DNA of 64,000 bases from Carpediemonas membranifera BICM (taxonomy: Eukaryota; Protista; Fornicata), in the NCBI GenBank assembly GCA_019828565.1, contig JAHDYR010000066.1, positions 62,001 to 126,000 on the forward strand, given 5' to 3'. Each line of letters begins with the position of its first letter. Positions within the stretch are counted from its first letter, which is position 1. The notes under the pieces were generated by a model. It was not told the DNA's origin and did not search any database. It was given only the letters and a program-made list of their open reading frames with translations. The translations under genes and the position numbers were made by a program. This document shows positions 33,062 to 44,168 of the stretch, one piece after another.

Positions 33062-33742
33062 TCACAGCTCGTCCTCGGGGGCAACGTCCAGGACCTCGAC
33101 ACACTTCGACGGCCGCACGATGGCCCCCTTCCCAGGGGCTGCCTTGAACACCTCGATCCTCCTCCCACCCGACACCGTGATGGTGCCGTCGTGCTTGCCC
33201 AACCCCTCATCGTCGTACTCGATGCCGCACCACAGTCCCGGGGGCAGCGTGCCCACGGCCCCCACAAACCGCACTGTGGCGAGCAGGGAGTGCGGCATCA
33301 CCCGGACCCTGGTGCCGACTGTCAGGGCCGTCGTGGTGTGCGATGACCTCCGTCCCGCCTCCTTGAGCGCCAGCTTCTTCCGGAACACCCGAAATGAGTC
33401 CTGCCGCTCGGCATACTTCTCCTCTGGGATCTCGTACTTGGGGACCTGGTCAAGGTCGTCCAGTCCCACCGTAACGGACGCAGGGTCTGTGTCGGTGACG
33501 TGGAGAATCCACCCGTCCTCAGCCCCGTACTCGTCGATCGTCCTATTGTCCTGATCCAGCTTGCATTCACACTTCTTTGCATTGTTCTTGAGCATTAGCT
33601 CCATGCTGGCCACCTCGGTGCCCGTGGCGAAGTGAATGCGCTGCTTGATCTTTCCGATGGTCCAATTCGACTGGATTCGTAGCTGTAGGCTCTCTGGTAT
33701 GTTGCTGTGTGATACATTAATAAGAATCACATGGTTCTGCAT
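33062..33742 (-). CDS. TBCB: Tubulin folding cofactor B
   Basis: Ubiquitin-like N-domain plus CAP-Gly (WCGIEYDDEGLGKHDG). Confidence 0.9.
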   Translation of the reverse strand: MQNHVILINVSHSNIPESLQLRIQSNWTIGKIKQRIHFATGTEVASMELMLKNNAKKCECKLDQDNRTIDEYGAEDGWILHVTDTDPASVTVGLDDLDQVPKYEIPEEKYAERQDSFRVFRKKLALKEAGRRSSHTTTALTVGTRVRVMPHSLLATVRFVGAVGTLPPGLWCGIEYDDEGLGKHDGTITVSGGRRIEVFKAAPGKGAIVRPSKCVEVLDVAPEDEL

Positions 33743-33843
33743 CCCTTCGTGCGATTTCTTGTACTGGATTTGATGACTCTGAGGATGACTCGGGCCGAAT
33801 GGGTGCAGTGCCCCGTGAGAAGATAGTAAGTCCATTTACATAG

Positions 33844-34534
33844 TTACATGCCGCCTGTACCTGGAGCAAACCGTACGGCGTGGCCATCCATGACAGGGCA
33901 CAGCTGCGCGCCATTGTTGATTATGTCAACCGGCTTCCTGTCTGGCGTCATCTCCTCGCGCACTGGGATGGCTGGGGCATGTCCAGCAGCCCCAAACGTG
34001 GGGTTGCGGCCCTTCATGGTGAGGTGAACCTTGGCGACCTTGACGAGCTCGGCAGGGTTCTCGCCCTTGTGCTTCCTCCTGAGGTGGACGTACAGGGCTG
34101 ACAGCTGGTTGGTGCGGTACGGACAGGACGCCAGGGGGCTGTGTGAGGGCGCTAGGGAGGACGAACCAGAAGAACGGCTTGTTGCCGGTGTGAATCATTG
34201 AATGTGTTTCAAGCGTCTGTCTGTTGAGGAATTTCTTGCCGCATTCCGGGCATACGAAGGGTCGTGGCCTGTCGTCCGTCATGTGGGGCCTTCCGCGAGA
34301 GCTCTTGTAGTCCTGAACCCTTGAAAGTGCATCCTTTGATAGCGTTGGAGCAGGCGGCACCGGTGTTTGCAGTAATAGGTCGCTTGGTTCTGGCACAGAC
34401 ATTTCGTTATCGTTCTCAGCCTTTAACGTGCGAATCGTGCATAAATGAAACCTGCAACGACGCGGGCCGGCCAGCGGCAGTGACGCACTTTGTTGCACGC
34501 CAGTTTCATCTCCTGGGCGCCGCTTTGATGTCAT
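33844..34534 (-). CDS. C2H2 zinc-finger protein (two fingers); intron 34139-34166
   Basis: CPECGKKF..H..IHTGNKPF. Splicing the 28-nt intron restores a second finger CPLASC...HLRRKH. Start uncertain (34534 or 34402). Confidence 0.75.
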
Positions 34535-34657
34535 GTCGGCCTCGTCGTCTAGACTCGAAACCACAGCCAAGCTTGCACTTTACATTACAGTGTTGCAGCA
34601 TCATTAGATAAAGTACACATGCAGGCCGATAAACTCTACACTAACCCTCGCCTCATC

Positions 34658-35062
34658 TCACTGGAACGGGGTGAGGTTCACCAGGGGTGTCATCGGCGAG
34701 GACGTCTGCGGTGCCGGGCGAACAGAGCTCAGTGGCGCCAGTGGGGTGTACTGAGTGACTAGCGTGCTCTCTGACGTCGCCAGGGGCTTGGTGGGTGTGA
34801 CATTCCCATCATAGAGAACCGGGGAGCGGAGGGAGCCTGAAGTGCGTCCGGAACCGAATGAGATGGATCTATAGTGAAGGTCCTCCTCCTGCTCAATCAG
34901 AAAGGCCTGCTTCTCAAGGTCTAGCTGTCGACGCTCCTCTTCAACCGCGTTTTGAAGCTTCTGGACCTCCTTGTAGAGCGAATTCATGCGTTCGATTTTC
35001 TCTTGTAATGGTACATGCTTGGATGGGGAAGCAAATCGCACGCTTCTCTCCGGAGTAGCCAT
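34658..35062 (-). CDS. Small coiled-coil hypothetical protein
   Basis: MATPERSVRF..., 134 aa; the longer ORF call extends into the inserted element. Confidence 0.6.
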   Translation of the reverse strand: MATPERSVRFASPSKHVPLQEKIERMNSLYKEVQKLQNAVEEERRQLDLEKQAFLIEQEEDLHYRSISFGSGRTSGSLRSPVLYDGNVTPTKPLATSESTLVTQYTPLAPLSSVRPAPQTSSPMTPLVNLTPFQ

Positions 35063-36170
35063 GACGTCGCGCAAACTTTTGTGTTGCGCAGTATAAACAC
35101 ATTGTTCGAACCTCCAGACAGGGCCTGAAAGGAACGATCGAAGTGCCAAACTGTACAACGTCATCCGTCCGTAGACGAATGTTGGCGGTTAGCCAATTGA
35201 TGATGCTGGAATGATGTTGGAAGGCGCGGGATCGATGTGCGACTGAACGGAGAGCCACTGAGCTCATCTTCCGTGGCAAGAGAACGCCACAGGATGTCTC
35301 TGCAGCACTCTTGTCCCGATGATCAACATTCAGAGCATCAGGAACTGTTGCGCGCCACTGAGCACCACGGCACTGTGGATTTTCGCAGAGCATCACACGA
35401 TGTGGGTGAACGTGCTGGTCATCACGCGGACGAACTCGCTTGTAGGGGGCGTGGCAGTGAGGGCAGACGACGGTGGTGCGATCCTCGTTAACCATGTTAA
35501 GATCGACAATGGTATACCTCTTGAGAAGGGGTACTATCTCTCTCGCGAACTTTCGATATGGCGCGCAAGGAATGAACATACCAGCAGGCGTGGTGAATCC
35601 CGAGCTCCCGTAGAAGACTTTCAGGCGAATGGGGGTGGCGATGGGAAGGTGGCGACGCCAACCGAACTCCCGAGCCAACTGTTGGCCGCAGAGGGCGAAG
35701 TGCTTCTGGCGAAGGATGTGGTTCGCAAAGCGCACTCGGCGGAAAGACTTACGCATTCCAGCCTCGAAAATGTCGTTCGCGTTGTCCAGCACAAACCTAA
35801 TAGAGTTGTTGATACTCACTAGTCTTGTGCTCTTGAACGACGCGGCCGTCATATCAAAGCCGAAACTTGGCGTCTTAGTGTATCCGCACTTTGGAAGGAC
35901 GCCGGAGCTGGTGGTGCCATCGGGGTGCCTGATGTAATACCCTCCGATGGACCTCGCGCCCGGGTCGAACCCCATGAGGTGGGCATCAGGATCCGGCGCG
36001 GGCAGAGCATCGGCATTATTGGTCCCGAGTCGGGGGCGCTCTTTCTCCCGCCCTTTCGCTCGCTTTCGAACAGGCATGCTCGCATCATGTTGTGGCCGAT
36101 AGTGGCCGCCTCGCTTAACCGTCACCGCCACACAGACCCCATCGGTGCTCAGGCTGAGCAGACGGCCCAT
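34941..36170 (-). pseudogene. Fanzor/TnpB-like RuvC nuclease, C-terminal part (frameshifted; as assembled it reads out of the element)
   Basis: Same motifs as 385-1479 and the same missing base near 35297; the restored stop is at 35161-35163. Confidence 0.85.
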
Positions 36171-36706
36171 TGACCTGGGGTTGTCCCGGTAGCGTCTTTT
36201 TTGGAGGCGTGCGGGAGTGTGGGATTAATTCCCACACGATGACAGAAGTTCTCGTTCAGTAGGCCCATCGTTTCACGATCACGGGCCATGAAGCCCGGCC
36301 GGACGGGGGCCATGGGCACGATCGGCACGAGGCGAGGCTGGCGGAGCGACATCGAGTACTCCCCGTTGAAGTGGCTGATGAGGCCACTCAACTTCTCCAC
36401 TCCGTCTGCAATTGCCCAGACGCAAGAGAGAATGCGTGGGGCAGCCTGGGAGACTGGGAGCCCGTCGTTCTCACCCATGTGAGCCGCCCAGAACAGCAAG
36501 GGGAGACACGCGAGGATCACAGGGTTGACCCTGCCGAGGATGGCGTGAACGCCGGCCAACTCCTGCTGGAAGAAGACGTCCACGAAGAAGACGCTTTGTG
36601 GAAGCCCTGGAGAAGACGATCTCCCTACCGACTTAAGACGTGAGTAGGAGGGATACAGGGCAGTGTTGCGCAGTATAAACACATTGTTCGACCCTTCAAT
36701 AGCACA
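35080..36706 (-). mobile_element. Fanzor-carrying non-autonomous element, family A, copy 2 (TGTG...CACA, TSD TTT)
   Basis: Near-identical to 389-2013; TTT at 35077-35079 and 36707-36709; 29-bp direct repeat 35081-35109 / 36663-36691. Confidence 0.92.
36149..36662 (-). pseudogene. Upstream fragment of the family A Fanzor
   Basis: VSQAAPRILSCV...PRLVPIVPMAPVRPGFM aligns to family B; needs a -1 shift near 36200-36230 to join the RuvC ORF. Confidence 0.8.
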
Positions 36707-36739
36707 TTTTGACCAGTCCAAACCTGCGAAATCGACCTT

Positions 36740-36804
36740 TGAAGTCTGCTATAGACGATTGAGAGTTACTTTACTGCTTGCACTGTGCACTCTATGATAC
36801 TTCA
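36740..36804. mobile_element. 65-bp TG...CA mini-element (family C), TIR TGAAGT/ACTTCA, TSD ACCTT
   Basis: ACCTT at 36735-36739 and 36805-36809; 38 bp identical to 22597-22634. Confidence 0.8.
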
Positions 36805-36998
36805 ACCTTAGGCGATACCACGAGACGATCGCAGGATACGACAGCCTCCATGTGTGTGCATGTGCGTCTATGTAGGCGCCCTCTCAATTCTGTATGCAGT
36901 ACGGCTTCCGGTGCCCGTCAGCCCCCAGGACAACCTGCGCCTTTACAGCATAGTATATGGGTATGGATATAAATATAGATATAGAGCTAGCAAGCAGA

Positions 36999-39326
36999 CT
37001 ATTGGGTCCCATCCGACTGCGGGTCGCGGGCCGGGGCCTCCAACACCGCCTGGTTGTAGCACAGGTCGACGGACATGCCGGCGTCAGCTGAGGGGAGCAG
37101 CAGGGGGTCCTCCTCCATGCCCTTGACCGCACGGCGGCACCACCAGTAGCGCCACAGCTGGAGCAGCCCGACGACGCAGCCCCAGAAGAGGAGCATGGCG
37201 AGGATCAGGGCGCATAGGGCGACGCCGACGATGGTCCACCGCAGTGTGGACACAGGGGGGGCGGTGTCGACGTTGAGGGTGGCGATGACCGTGTTGGCCA
37301 CACGGGCCTGGATCACGCCGTCAGCCTTGCCGAGATGGGAGCAAAGCTTACCGTCGGTCGTGTAGGTGTGGAGGACGAAGTTGTCTCGGTAGATCTCGAA
37401 GACGGGGTTGAGGTTCGTGTCGTTGCCGAGCAGTGGGAAGTCTAGACTGAAGCAGACCTCGCCGTTCCCCCTCGTGATCGTCGGATGCATCGTCTGGACA
37501 TCGGACACCGTCAGCGCCTGCATCGCCTCGCACACGAGTCGGCCCCCGCTGTACCTGGCCGTAACTGGCAGCCGGGGTCCAGCAGACCCCACCCTGAGCT
37601 TCGAGGGGCAGAGGGAGTTGGCGGGGGTCGACACAACGAGCGTCAGGCCGGATATGGCAGTCTCGCCGGACTTGGGGACAACGAGGGCATCGGCCACGAC
37701 GACGTCGATGCCGATGATGTCGACCGTCTTCTCGATGTTCAGGAGGTAATGCCCGGCCTCCAGGACAGCGGTAGGCAGCAGCGGCACGATGGTGTAGTTC
37801 TCGCCACTGGGGATGACCGAGCATGCCCACTTCGTCCCGTGCACGACGTCCACGAGCTCGGCGTCGCTAATGTCGACGCTGAGAACAGACCGACGTATGG
37901 ACAGCTGCTTGTGGGCGGTCAGCTCGGCCTCGGGGTCGGCCCAAGGGAGGCAGGAGGGGTGCGGCTGGTAGTCCTTGGGGGTGTCCCGAAACTGCCCACA
38001 CGCGATACAGCTGGTCTGGCCCTCTGCTGGTTGGAACCGTCCGTTGTCGCAGACCTCGCACGTGTTGCTCCCTGTCGCGTCGGTGAACGTCCCCACTGGG
38101 CAGGGGGTGCAGGTGTCGAACGAGCTCGAGTACGACCCGGGGGGGCAGCCGGCGTTCGTCAGCGTCAGCACCACGCGGTCGCCGGCGGTCGTGTTCGAAG
38201 TGGCGGCGACGATATTGCCGTGTATGGCGACGCTGGCTCCCGTGAGAGTGAATCCCCCGGCCGTCACGTCGACGGCCTGCTGCCAGGCGTCCTGCGTGTC
38301 GTTGAAGGTAAAGACCACAGCCCCACCCTGCACCGTGCCCTGGTGGTCGACGGCGAGGGGTGCTCCGGCGACGATGAGGCCGGCATATATTGCCACGGCG
38401 TACCCGAAGTTGGCGGACCCGTCTGCTCCATGGAGGGGGTTCTGGATGATCTGGTACGGTTGGGGCTCCTGGTCCTGGTCTATGCCGTACACCACGACGG
38501 CCTCGATGGCGTTGGCTCCAGAGAGGCCGGGCCCGCCGATGGCGATGAGGCCGTCGTCGGAGGCCAGCGAGTAGCCGAAGTTCGAGCAGAGCATCGCGTA
38601 TAACGTCTTCCCGGTGGCCCAGAGGGTGTCGGGCGTCTCCTGGTAGAACACGAACACTGCGCCCTGGCCGTCGTTGTGGGACGGCGCCCCGACGAAGATG
38701 TGCCGGCCGGTGATGGTGACGCTGTGGCCAAACGACGCCTCCCCGAACTGGGCGAGCTTCTGGTGCTGTGTCCAGCTGCCGTTGAACTTGAACAGATAGA
38801 CGGCCCCGGCCACCGCAGTGCCCGTCGACGTCTGCACGTTGGCCGCGCCCATGGCGAGTGTCGTGTCGTTGATCGCTAGGGATACGGGGAGGGTGGGCGT
38901 CGTCGTGAAGTGGTCGCACGGTTCCACACTCTGGAATAGGTCGAAGGCGAGGTGCTGCCGACGGAACGTGTAGACAATACCACGGCCGGCGGGCATCGTC
39001 GCCCCTACAGCCAGCCAGCCTGGCGACAGCGCAAGCAGTCCACCAAAGCAGGTGTCCAGACGGCTGAATGGCTGGCGGAGGACGTGAAGCGGCTTCCACG
39101 CCATGCCGTTGGCGGTGTAGATCTTCACAACCTGGTTAGAAACGGAATCATACCCGCCAGTTATTACTAGTACATCGTTATCGGCCACCATTGCTGCTCC
39201 AAAATTAGCTGGGGGCCCGGTGTTGACATTTTTCACTTCGGTGAGAGTGAGTTCGGCGCTGGTAAGCGAAATATGAAAAAATGTGAAACAGAGTAGTGTT
39301 AATGCAAGGCCGGTCCTCATCGCCAA
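36999..39326 (-). CDS. FG-GAP (integrin-alpha-like) beta-propeller surface protein with Cys-rich GCC2/GCC3-like repeats and TM
   Basis: Signal peptide, repeated FG.SV..VGAP motifs, CPPGSY/CPVGTF repeats and C-terminal TM; start 39320 or 39326. Confidence 0.85.
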   Translation of the reverse strand: MAMRTGLALTLLCFTFFHISLTSAELTLTEVKNVNTGPPANFGAAMVADNDVLVITGGYDSVSNQVVKIYTANGMAWKPLHVLRQPFSRLDTCFGGLLALSPGWLAVGATMPAGRGIVYTFRRQHLAFDLFQSVEPCDHFTTTPTLPVSLAINDTTLAMGAANVQTSTGTAVAGAVYLFKFNGSWTQHQKLAQFGEASFGHSVTITGRHIFVGAPSHNDGQGAVFVFYQETPDTLWATGKTLYAMLCSNFGYSLASDDGLIAIGGPGLSGANAIEAVVVYGIDQDQEPQPYQIIQNPLHGADGSANFGYAVAIYAGLIVAGAPLAVDHQGTVQGGAVVFTFNDTQDAWQQAVDVTAGGFTLTGASVAIHGNIVAATSNTTAGDRVVLTLTNAGCPPGSYSSSFDTCTPCPVGTFTDATGSNTCEVCDNGRFQPAEGQTSCIACGQFRDTPKDYQPHPSCLPWADPEAELTAHKQLSIRRSVLSVDISDAELVDVVHGTKWACSVIPSGENYTIVPLLPTAVLEAGHYLLNIEKTVDIIGIDVVVADALVVPKSGETAISGLTLVVSTPANSLCPSKLRVGSAGPRLPVTARYSGGRLVCEAMQALTVSDVQTMHPTITRGNGEVCFSLDFPLLGNDTNLNPVFEIYRDNFVLHTYTTDGKLCSHLGKADGVIQARVANTVIATLNVDTAPPVSTLRWTIVGVALCALILAMLLFWGCVVGLLQLWRYWWCRRAVKGMEEDPLLLPSADAGMSVDLCYNQAVLEAPARDPQSDGTQ

Positions 39327-39580
39327 AATTCAGATGATTTCTGTTGATGGAGGACCTCGTTCTGATGTGCACTTTATGCCCAATCACCAGAATGAGGCAC
39401 CACTCCCGTTAGAAACATCGGAATGCCTGTTCAATGCCTGTTGGGCATATATCCTCGGCACCCCGCGCTAGTGGCGACTTCATGGAGTCAGCATGGAGGG
39501 AAGATTGCATGGTACGAGAGTGAACCAACTCAAGACAGACGCTAACGAGAGCGATTTACTTCGTAGCCGCGGCCCGCCCA

Positions 39581-42397
39581 TCAGGCGAACCCGTCGAGCC
39601 CCACGGTGCGGGTCCACACGTCCCATCGCCGGCCGGTGCTCTCGACGAAACCGCGGATGAACTGGACGAAGCCTCCCGCCTGTGCCGAGAGTTCAGCGTC
39701 CATGTCGGTGGCCTGGATGAGCTGCAGGACCATCTGGATGTTGTCTGTAACATCGTACATCGAGAGCAGCGTCTTGGAATGTGCCGAGAAGACGTGCATC
39801 AGGAGACCCAGGTAATGGCGCTGGTCGCTGGCCGTCCCGTGAATCACCTCGCTCGTGATGTCCGCGAAGTTCGTGGCAAATACAGTCAGGGCGTCCTCCG
39901 TGCGGGTCGCCGTGAACGCCACCACGGCCAGCAGCGCCAGACCGGCGTTCACGAGGACGTCGGGGGTGGGATCACGCAGAATCTCCTCGATGGCGGTGAC
40001 TGCAGCGTCGGGGGCCTCGGGCGGGAGTACACCGGTGAGGTTGCGGGAGAATGCGATGAATACGAAGTATGTGACGGATACAAGCATGTCGAGGGGCATC
40101 TCGTAGGAGTCCTTGAGCCCCTGCACCACCGTCGAGACGAAGGCTGGGGTCTTACCGCTGGCGAAGGCGGACCGGGCGGTGGTCTCAGCGTGGGCCGGGC
40201 AGAACTCAAAGACGGCCGACAGCACCATGAGGGCATCGGCCTGGAGCACGGAGTAGCCGCTGAGGCAGAGCGTGTCCACCAGCCCGACGACGGCATCGAT
40301 GTCCGCCATGTCGGGCAGCCCGGCGCCTGCTGCCTCGATGGCTGACGTGAGCGAGTTCACGGCGTCCCGGATGACGCTGACATTCGTCGGGACACCGTCG
40401 GGGGTCAGGTTCTTGCCCACAATCTGCATGCAGACGCCGAAGAGGCCGGGGAGACTGCTCGCTATGCCAGGGACGGCGGCGATGAGGGCCGGGGCGCTGA
40501 CGGCCATGGTCTCGACGAGGGGGATGATTTCTGTGCCGTCCTCGGACACGGTCTCTGAGATACGGCGGCCGATGGCTGCAAAGACCGCGCTCACGCCGTC
40601 CTTGGCCTCCTGCGTTGTGATACGACGCCCGGTGGCCTCGAACACGTTGGACATGGCGTCCGACAGGGGCGGCAGGGCGTAGTTGCCCCAGTGCTGCAGC
40701 CCGTGCGCGAACAGGGCGCACAGCTGGGGCACGTACGGGGTCATGAGCTCCTTGGCGGTGTCTGTGACGACGGAGATCAGCGACACCGCACCCCGCTGGG
40801 CCTTGGCGTACTTGCTGGCCATGGCCATCGTCGTGGCCGTCTCTATGATCGTGTTGACGAATGCCGCGTCCCGGTGGCGGCCGGTCGAGATGGCTCCGAG
40901 CGTCCAGCAGGCGACACTCTGGACATGCGGGTGGTGCTCTGTGCCGCCGATCATGGCCGTCAGCGCCGCAAACAGACCGTCGAGCTCGTCCGCGGGGAGG
41001 CCCCTGGCCATCCTGTTGTCGATGGACCGGAAGAAGAGGCCCATGAGCAGGATACCGCCCTCGTGGACCGCCCAGAGCTCGTCCTGGTCGACGTCGGCCA
41101 GCAGACTGGGCGGGGTAATGCCGTCCAGGTGGACCCCGTTACTCCACGTCGCCCGCATGAACCGCTTGGCGATGTCATAAACTGCCCCCCCGAGTTCAGA
41201 CGGCCAGGCCCTGACCAGCCCCTCGAGGGCCTCTGCCGCGGTCTTACGGAGGATCACAGCGGCGTCTTCGGTCTCCTCTGAGACATAGACGACGCCGACC
41301 TTGCCCACAGACTGCTGTTCACGGGCCAGGACCATTTGGATGTCCGCCCGGTCGTCCGCGCTGTACACGACGGCCCCGCACAGGTTGAACGCCGCCCCCT
41401 GGACCGCCTCGAGCACGTTGCCCCTGCCCGGGTCGGCCATGGCGTTGGTCACGGTGATGTTCTTGTCGAGGGTCAGGCCGTCCAGGAATGTGCACGCCGC
41501 ACGCCGTGTGCCCTCGCTGAAGTCCGTGTGGGCGATCACGGCGGACATGGCGTGGACGAGAGAGGGCAGGGCGTTGGGGGTGTCGGGGCGGGCGAGGGGG
41601 AAGAGGAGCGAGGCCTTGTGGTCCGCAAACATCGTCAGCAGATCCGCTACTGCCCTAACAAGCTCCTCTGAGAGGTTTAGGATGTTCTGGACGAGGCTGA
41701 GCACACGGGCGAGCAGGTCCGGCAGGTTGATGCGGGGGTGGGAGCTGAGCGACCCCCAGAGTTCGGAGATGGCGCGCAGAGTCACTGTGAGGCAGGCCAT
41801 GCTGAAGTCGCTGTTCCCAGGGGCCGGTGGGCCGACGAGGGAGACCATGTCCGAGATGAGGTCCGAGAAGGACGCTGAGTCCGACGGAGACTCGCCGTTG
41901 CCGGGCAGCTTCCACGGGTCGTCCTCTGCGATGTACAGCACGGTTTCCAGGGCGCCGATGACGTGGTAGCCCTCCGAGCCGATCATCTGTCGGATGGTGG
42001 GGATGAGGGAGCCCCACGTGTCGATGGTCGGGAGCTCCCGGACAAGACGGGAGACGATAGAGCAGGCCACATGGCGTATGCTGTTGTCGCTGTCGCCGAT
42101 CAGCGGCAGAGTCTGCTCCCCTATTCTCACGGCTGTCTGGGGGGCCTTTTCTACAATCTGTGAGAAGTTGTTCTTCAAGAGAATACCCGCCATCTGACGC
42201 GTAGGTCTATCAAGAGATTCCTCACATAGGATAGACAGCAAACAATCGGGTAGATTTGGCACCTGCACGATGTGATCGTGGAACTGGCTATATACCCCGC
42301 GTTGGACGCTGGGATCCGGCGACTGTGCCTATGTAAGTACATAGTACTGTGTACAAACGTTCTTAATGAGCTCAAGTACCTGGTTTCTGAGTTCCAT
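39581..42397 (-). CDS. Importin-beta family protein, transportin-like; intron 42329-42358
   Basis: After removal of a 30-nt stop-containing intron: MELRNQVLELIKN/AQSPDPSVQR; IBN_N motif RQMAGILLKNN; HEAT repeats; LRKTAAEALE. Confidence 0.85.
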
Positions 42398-42510
42398 CGC
42401 TATTCTCGCAACTCAGACTCCCGTAAATCTGCTCAAGTCACCATAAATCACTGGAAACGCCGAGCGATGGTTTATTCTCAACAAGGGACAGCAATAAGCC
42501 CTTACTCGCT

Positions 42511-43358
42511 TCACTTACGCCCGGCCCGCTTGGATTGGCGGTGGAGTCCAATGAACGAGAAGCGGACGCCAGCCTCGTCCCCCGGCCCGTAGTACCGCTC
42601 GTACAGCACCGTGTCTCGCTTATTCTTGCCCTTGGCTTGGCTGCGGATCTGCCTCATTCTCCGGAGGAACGTGTCATCCGATGCGGCCCGCTCGCTGCCC
42701 CTGCTCGAGAGGCCCATGAAGCGGGCGTACTCGGTATCGTCGGCCATGAGCACATACTTGTCGTCTCCATCCTTCTGCAGGAACGCCTCTGGGATGCCAG
42801 TCGGCTTAGCTGTTGGGCCCGCTGGGGCCTCAACCTCGGCCCGCTGCCCAGTGGCGACGTCCAGGTTGATGGCGGAGTTGGTGCAGTGCAGGGCGGTGTG
42901 TCCGTACTGGTGGCACTTCTTACACCGGACCCGCTGGGTCTGGGTCGTGGTGAGCACCCGGCCGTGCGACGTGTCCTTCACTCCCCACTGCTCCTTCTCG
43001 GTCAGCGCGAGCTCGGTAAGGGCGTCCTCATTGTCCATGTCGACGGTGACGTTCGTGATGGTCGGCTCCGTCGCCTCTTCGATGGGAATGATCTGCTCGC
43101 TGGCTGCAACGACCTTCACGATGAGGTGTGTGTGATCATAGATGTTATCATCGTTTGTAAACTCTGAATAAGTGTTGGGAAATGGAACAAACGCTTCGCT
43201 TCGCCCTCTGTGGCCTCAGTCAGAGCAAGATCGTATTTTCCTTGTCCTACATCACGTTTGGCAATAATCTTCTTCAGATCAAACGCATTAATGTACACAC
43301 TCTGCAGGTCAATCGTCTTCTCATCCACCCCAGTCTTGAAACGATAGTAGATGGGCAT
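42511..43358 (-). CDS. DWNN-domain plus CCHC zinc-knuckle protein (RBBP6/Mpe1-like); intron 43164-43192
   Basis: MPIYYRFK...DLKKII DWNN signature; a 29-nt intron joins it to the CKKCHQYGHTALHC exon. Confidence 0.85.
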
Positions 43359-43769
43359 GGGACACGAGTCACTAACCTTAAAGTGCCCGAACCTGCTACA
43401 GGCGCTTTGACGTTCATGTCTATCAGAGAGGACACTGGATAGTCCCAGGGTATCTCATTTCGTCCCTTGATTAATTGTTTTTTCTCTGGCATTTCCCTTG
43501 TTTCGATTTGCTCTCACCGCCGCGCCCTCAGCGGTCGCCGCACCCAGCTATGCAAAGCATCGGAGTCCACCATCGACATTGTACACAGTAGCAGACAATT
43601 GGACCCAGCGCCATCCGGAGTCGAATGCAGTCTCACCGGACCACGGGTTGCCACAAATCGGACTCCGCCAGATTCCGCCAAATCTTGGCTGTGAGAGCAT
43701 ATTAAGACATATCATGCCGCTACGATGCTACTGCCATAGGGCTATCAGGGAATTTATAGGGTGCTTGTC

Positions 43770-44168
43770 TTAGAACGTGAACATCTCAGCAGGCTTGCTG
43801 ACGCGGCCGGAGCGGGTCTTGACAACAGGAGCCTTCTTCTTGTTGGACCGCTTGACGGCCTTCTTGGTGGTGGCCTTCTTGGCGGGCTTGGTGGGCTTGG
43901 CGTCGCGCTCCTTACGGTATTCGCGGCCCTCGACTGTGATGGCGTATCTCTGAGCCGTCTCCTTCTCCAGGAGCTCCTCCTCAACGAGGTCAGCAAGAGC
44001 CTTCTTGAATACGTGCAGAACGCGCTTGAATTGGTCGGCGTCGTCGCCGCGGGCTTCCATCACGTGGTTCTTGATGGCTGGGAGAGTGACAGCCTTGCCG
44101 AAGAATGTTTGGGCAACAACAGCGTCAATAACTTGGTCTTTCATGGAAGGTCCGCTCTTGGATGGCAT
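43770..44168 (-). CDS. Linker histone H1-like protein
   Basis: PSMKDQVIDAV..VTLPAIKNHV..FKKALADLVEEELL winged helix plus a K/A/P-rich tail. Confidence 0.7.
   Translation of the reverse strand: MPSKSGPSMKDQVIDAVVAQTFFGKAVTLPAIKNHVMEARGDDADQFKRVLHVFKKALADLVEEELLEKETAQRYAITVEGREYRKERDAKPTKPAKKATTKKAVKRSNKKKAPVVKTRSGRVSKPAEMFTF

Noticed and set aside
35063-35164. N-terminal extension of ORF 34658-35164 as a TE-host fusion protein
   Set aside because: Non-ATG start inside the element; the host ATG at 35062 is sufficient
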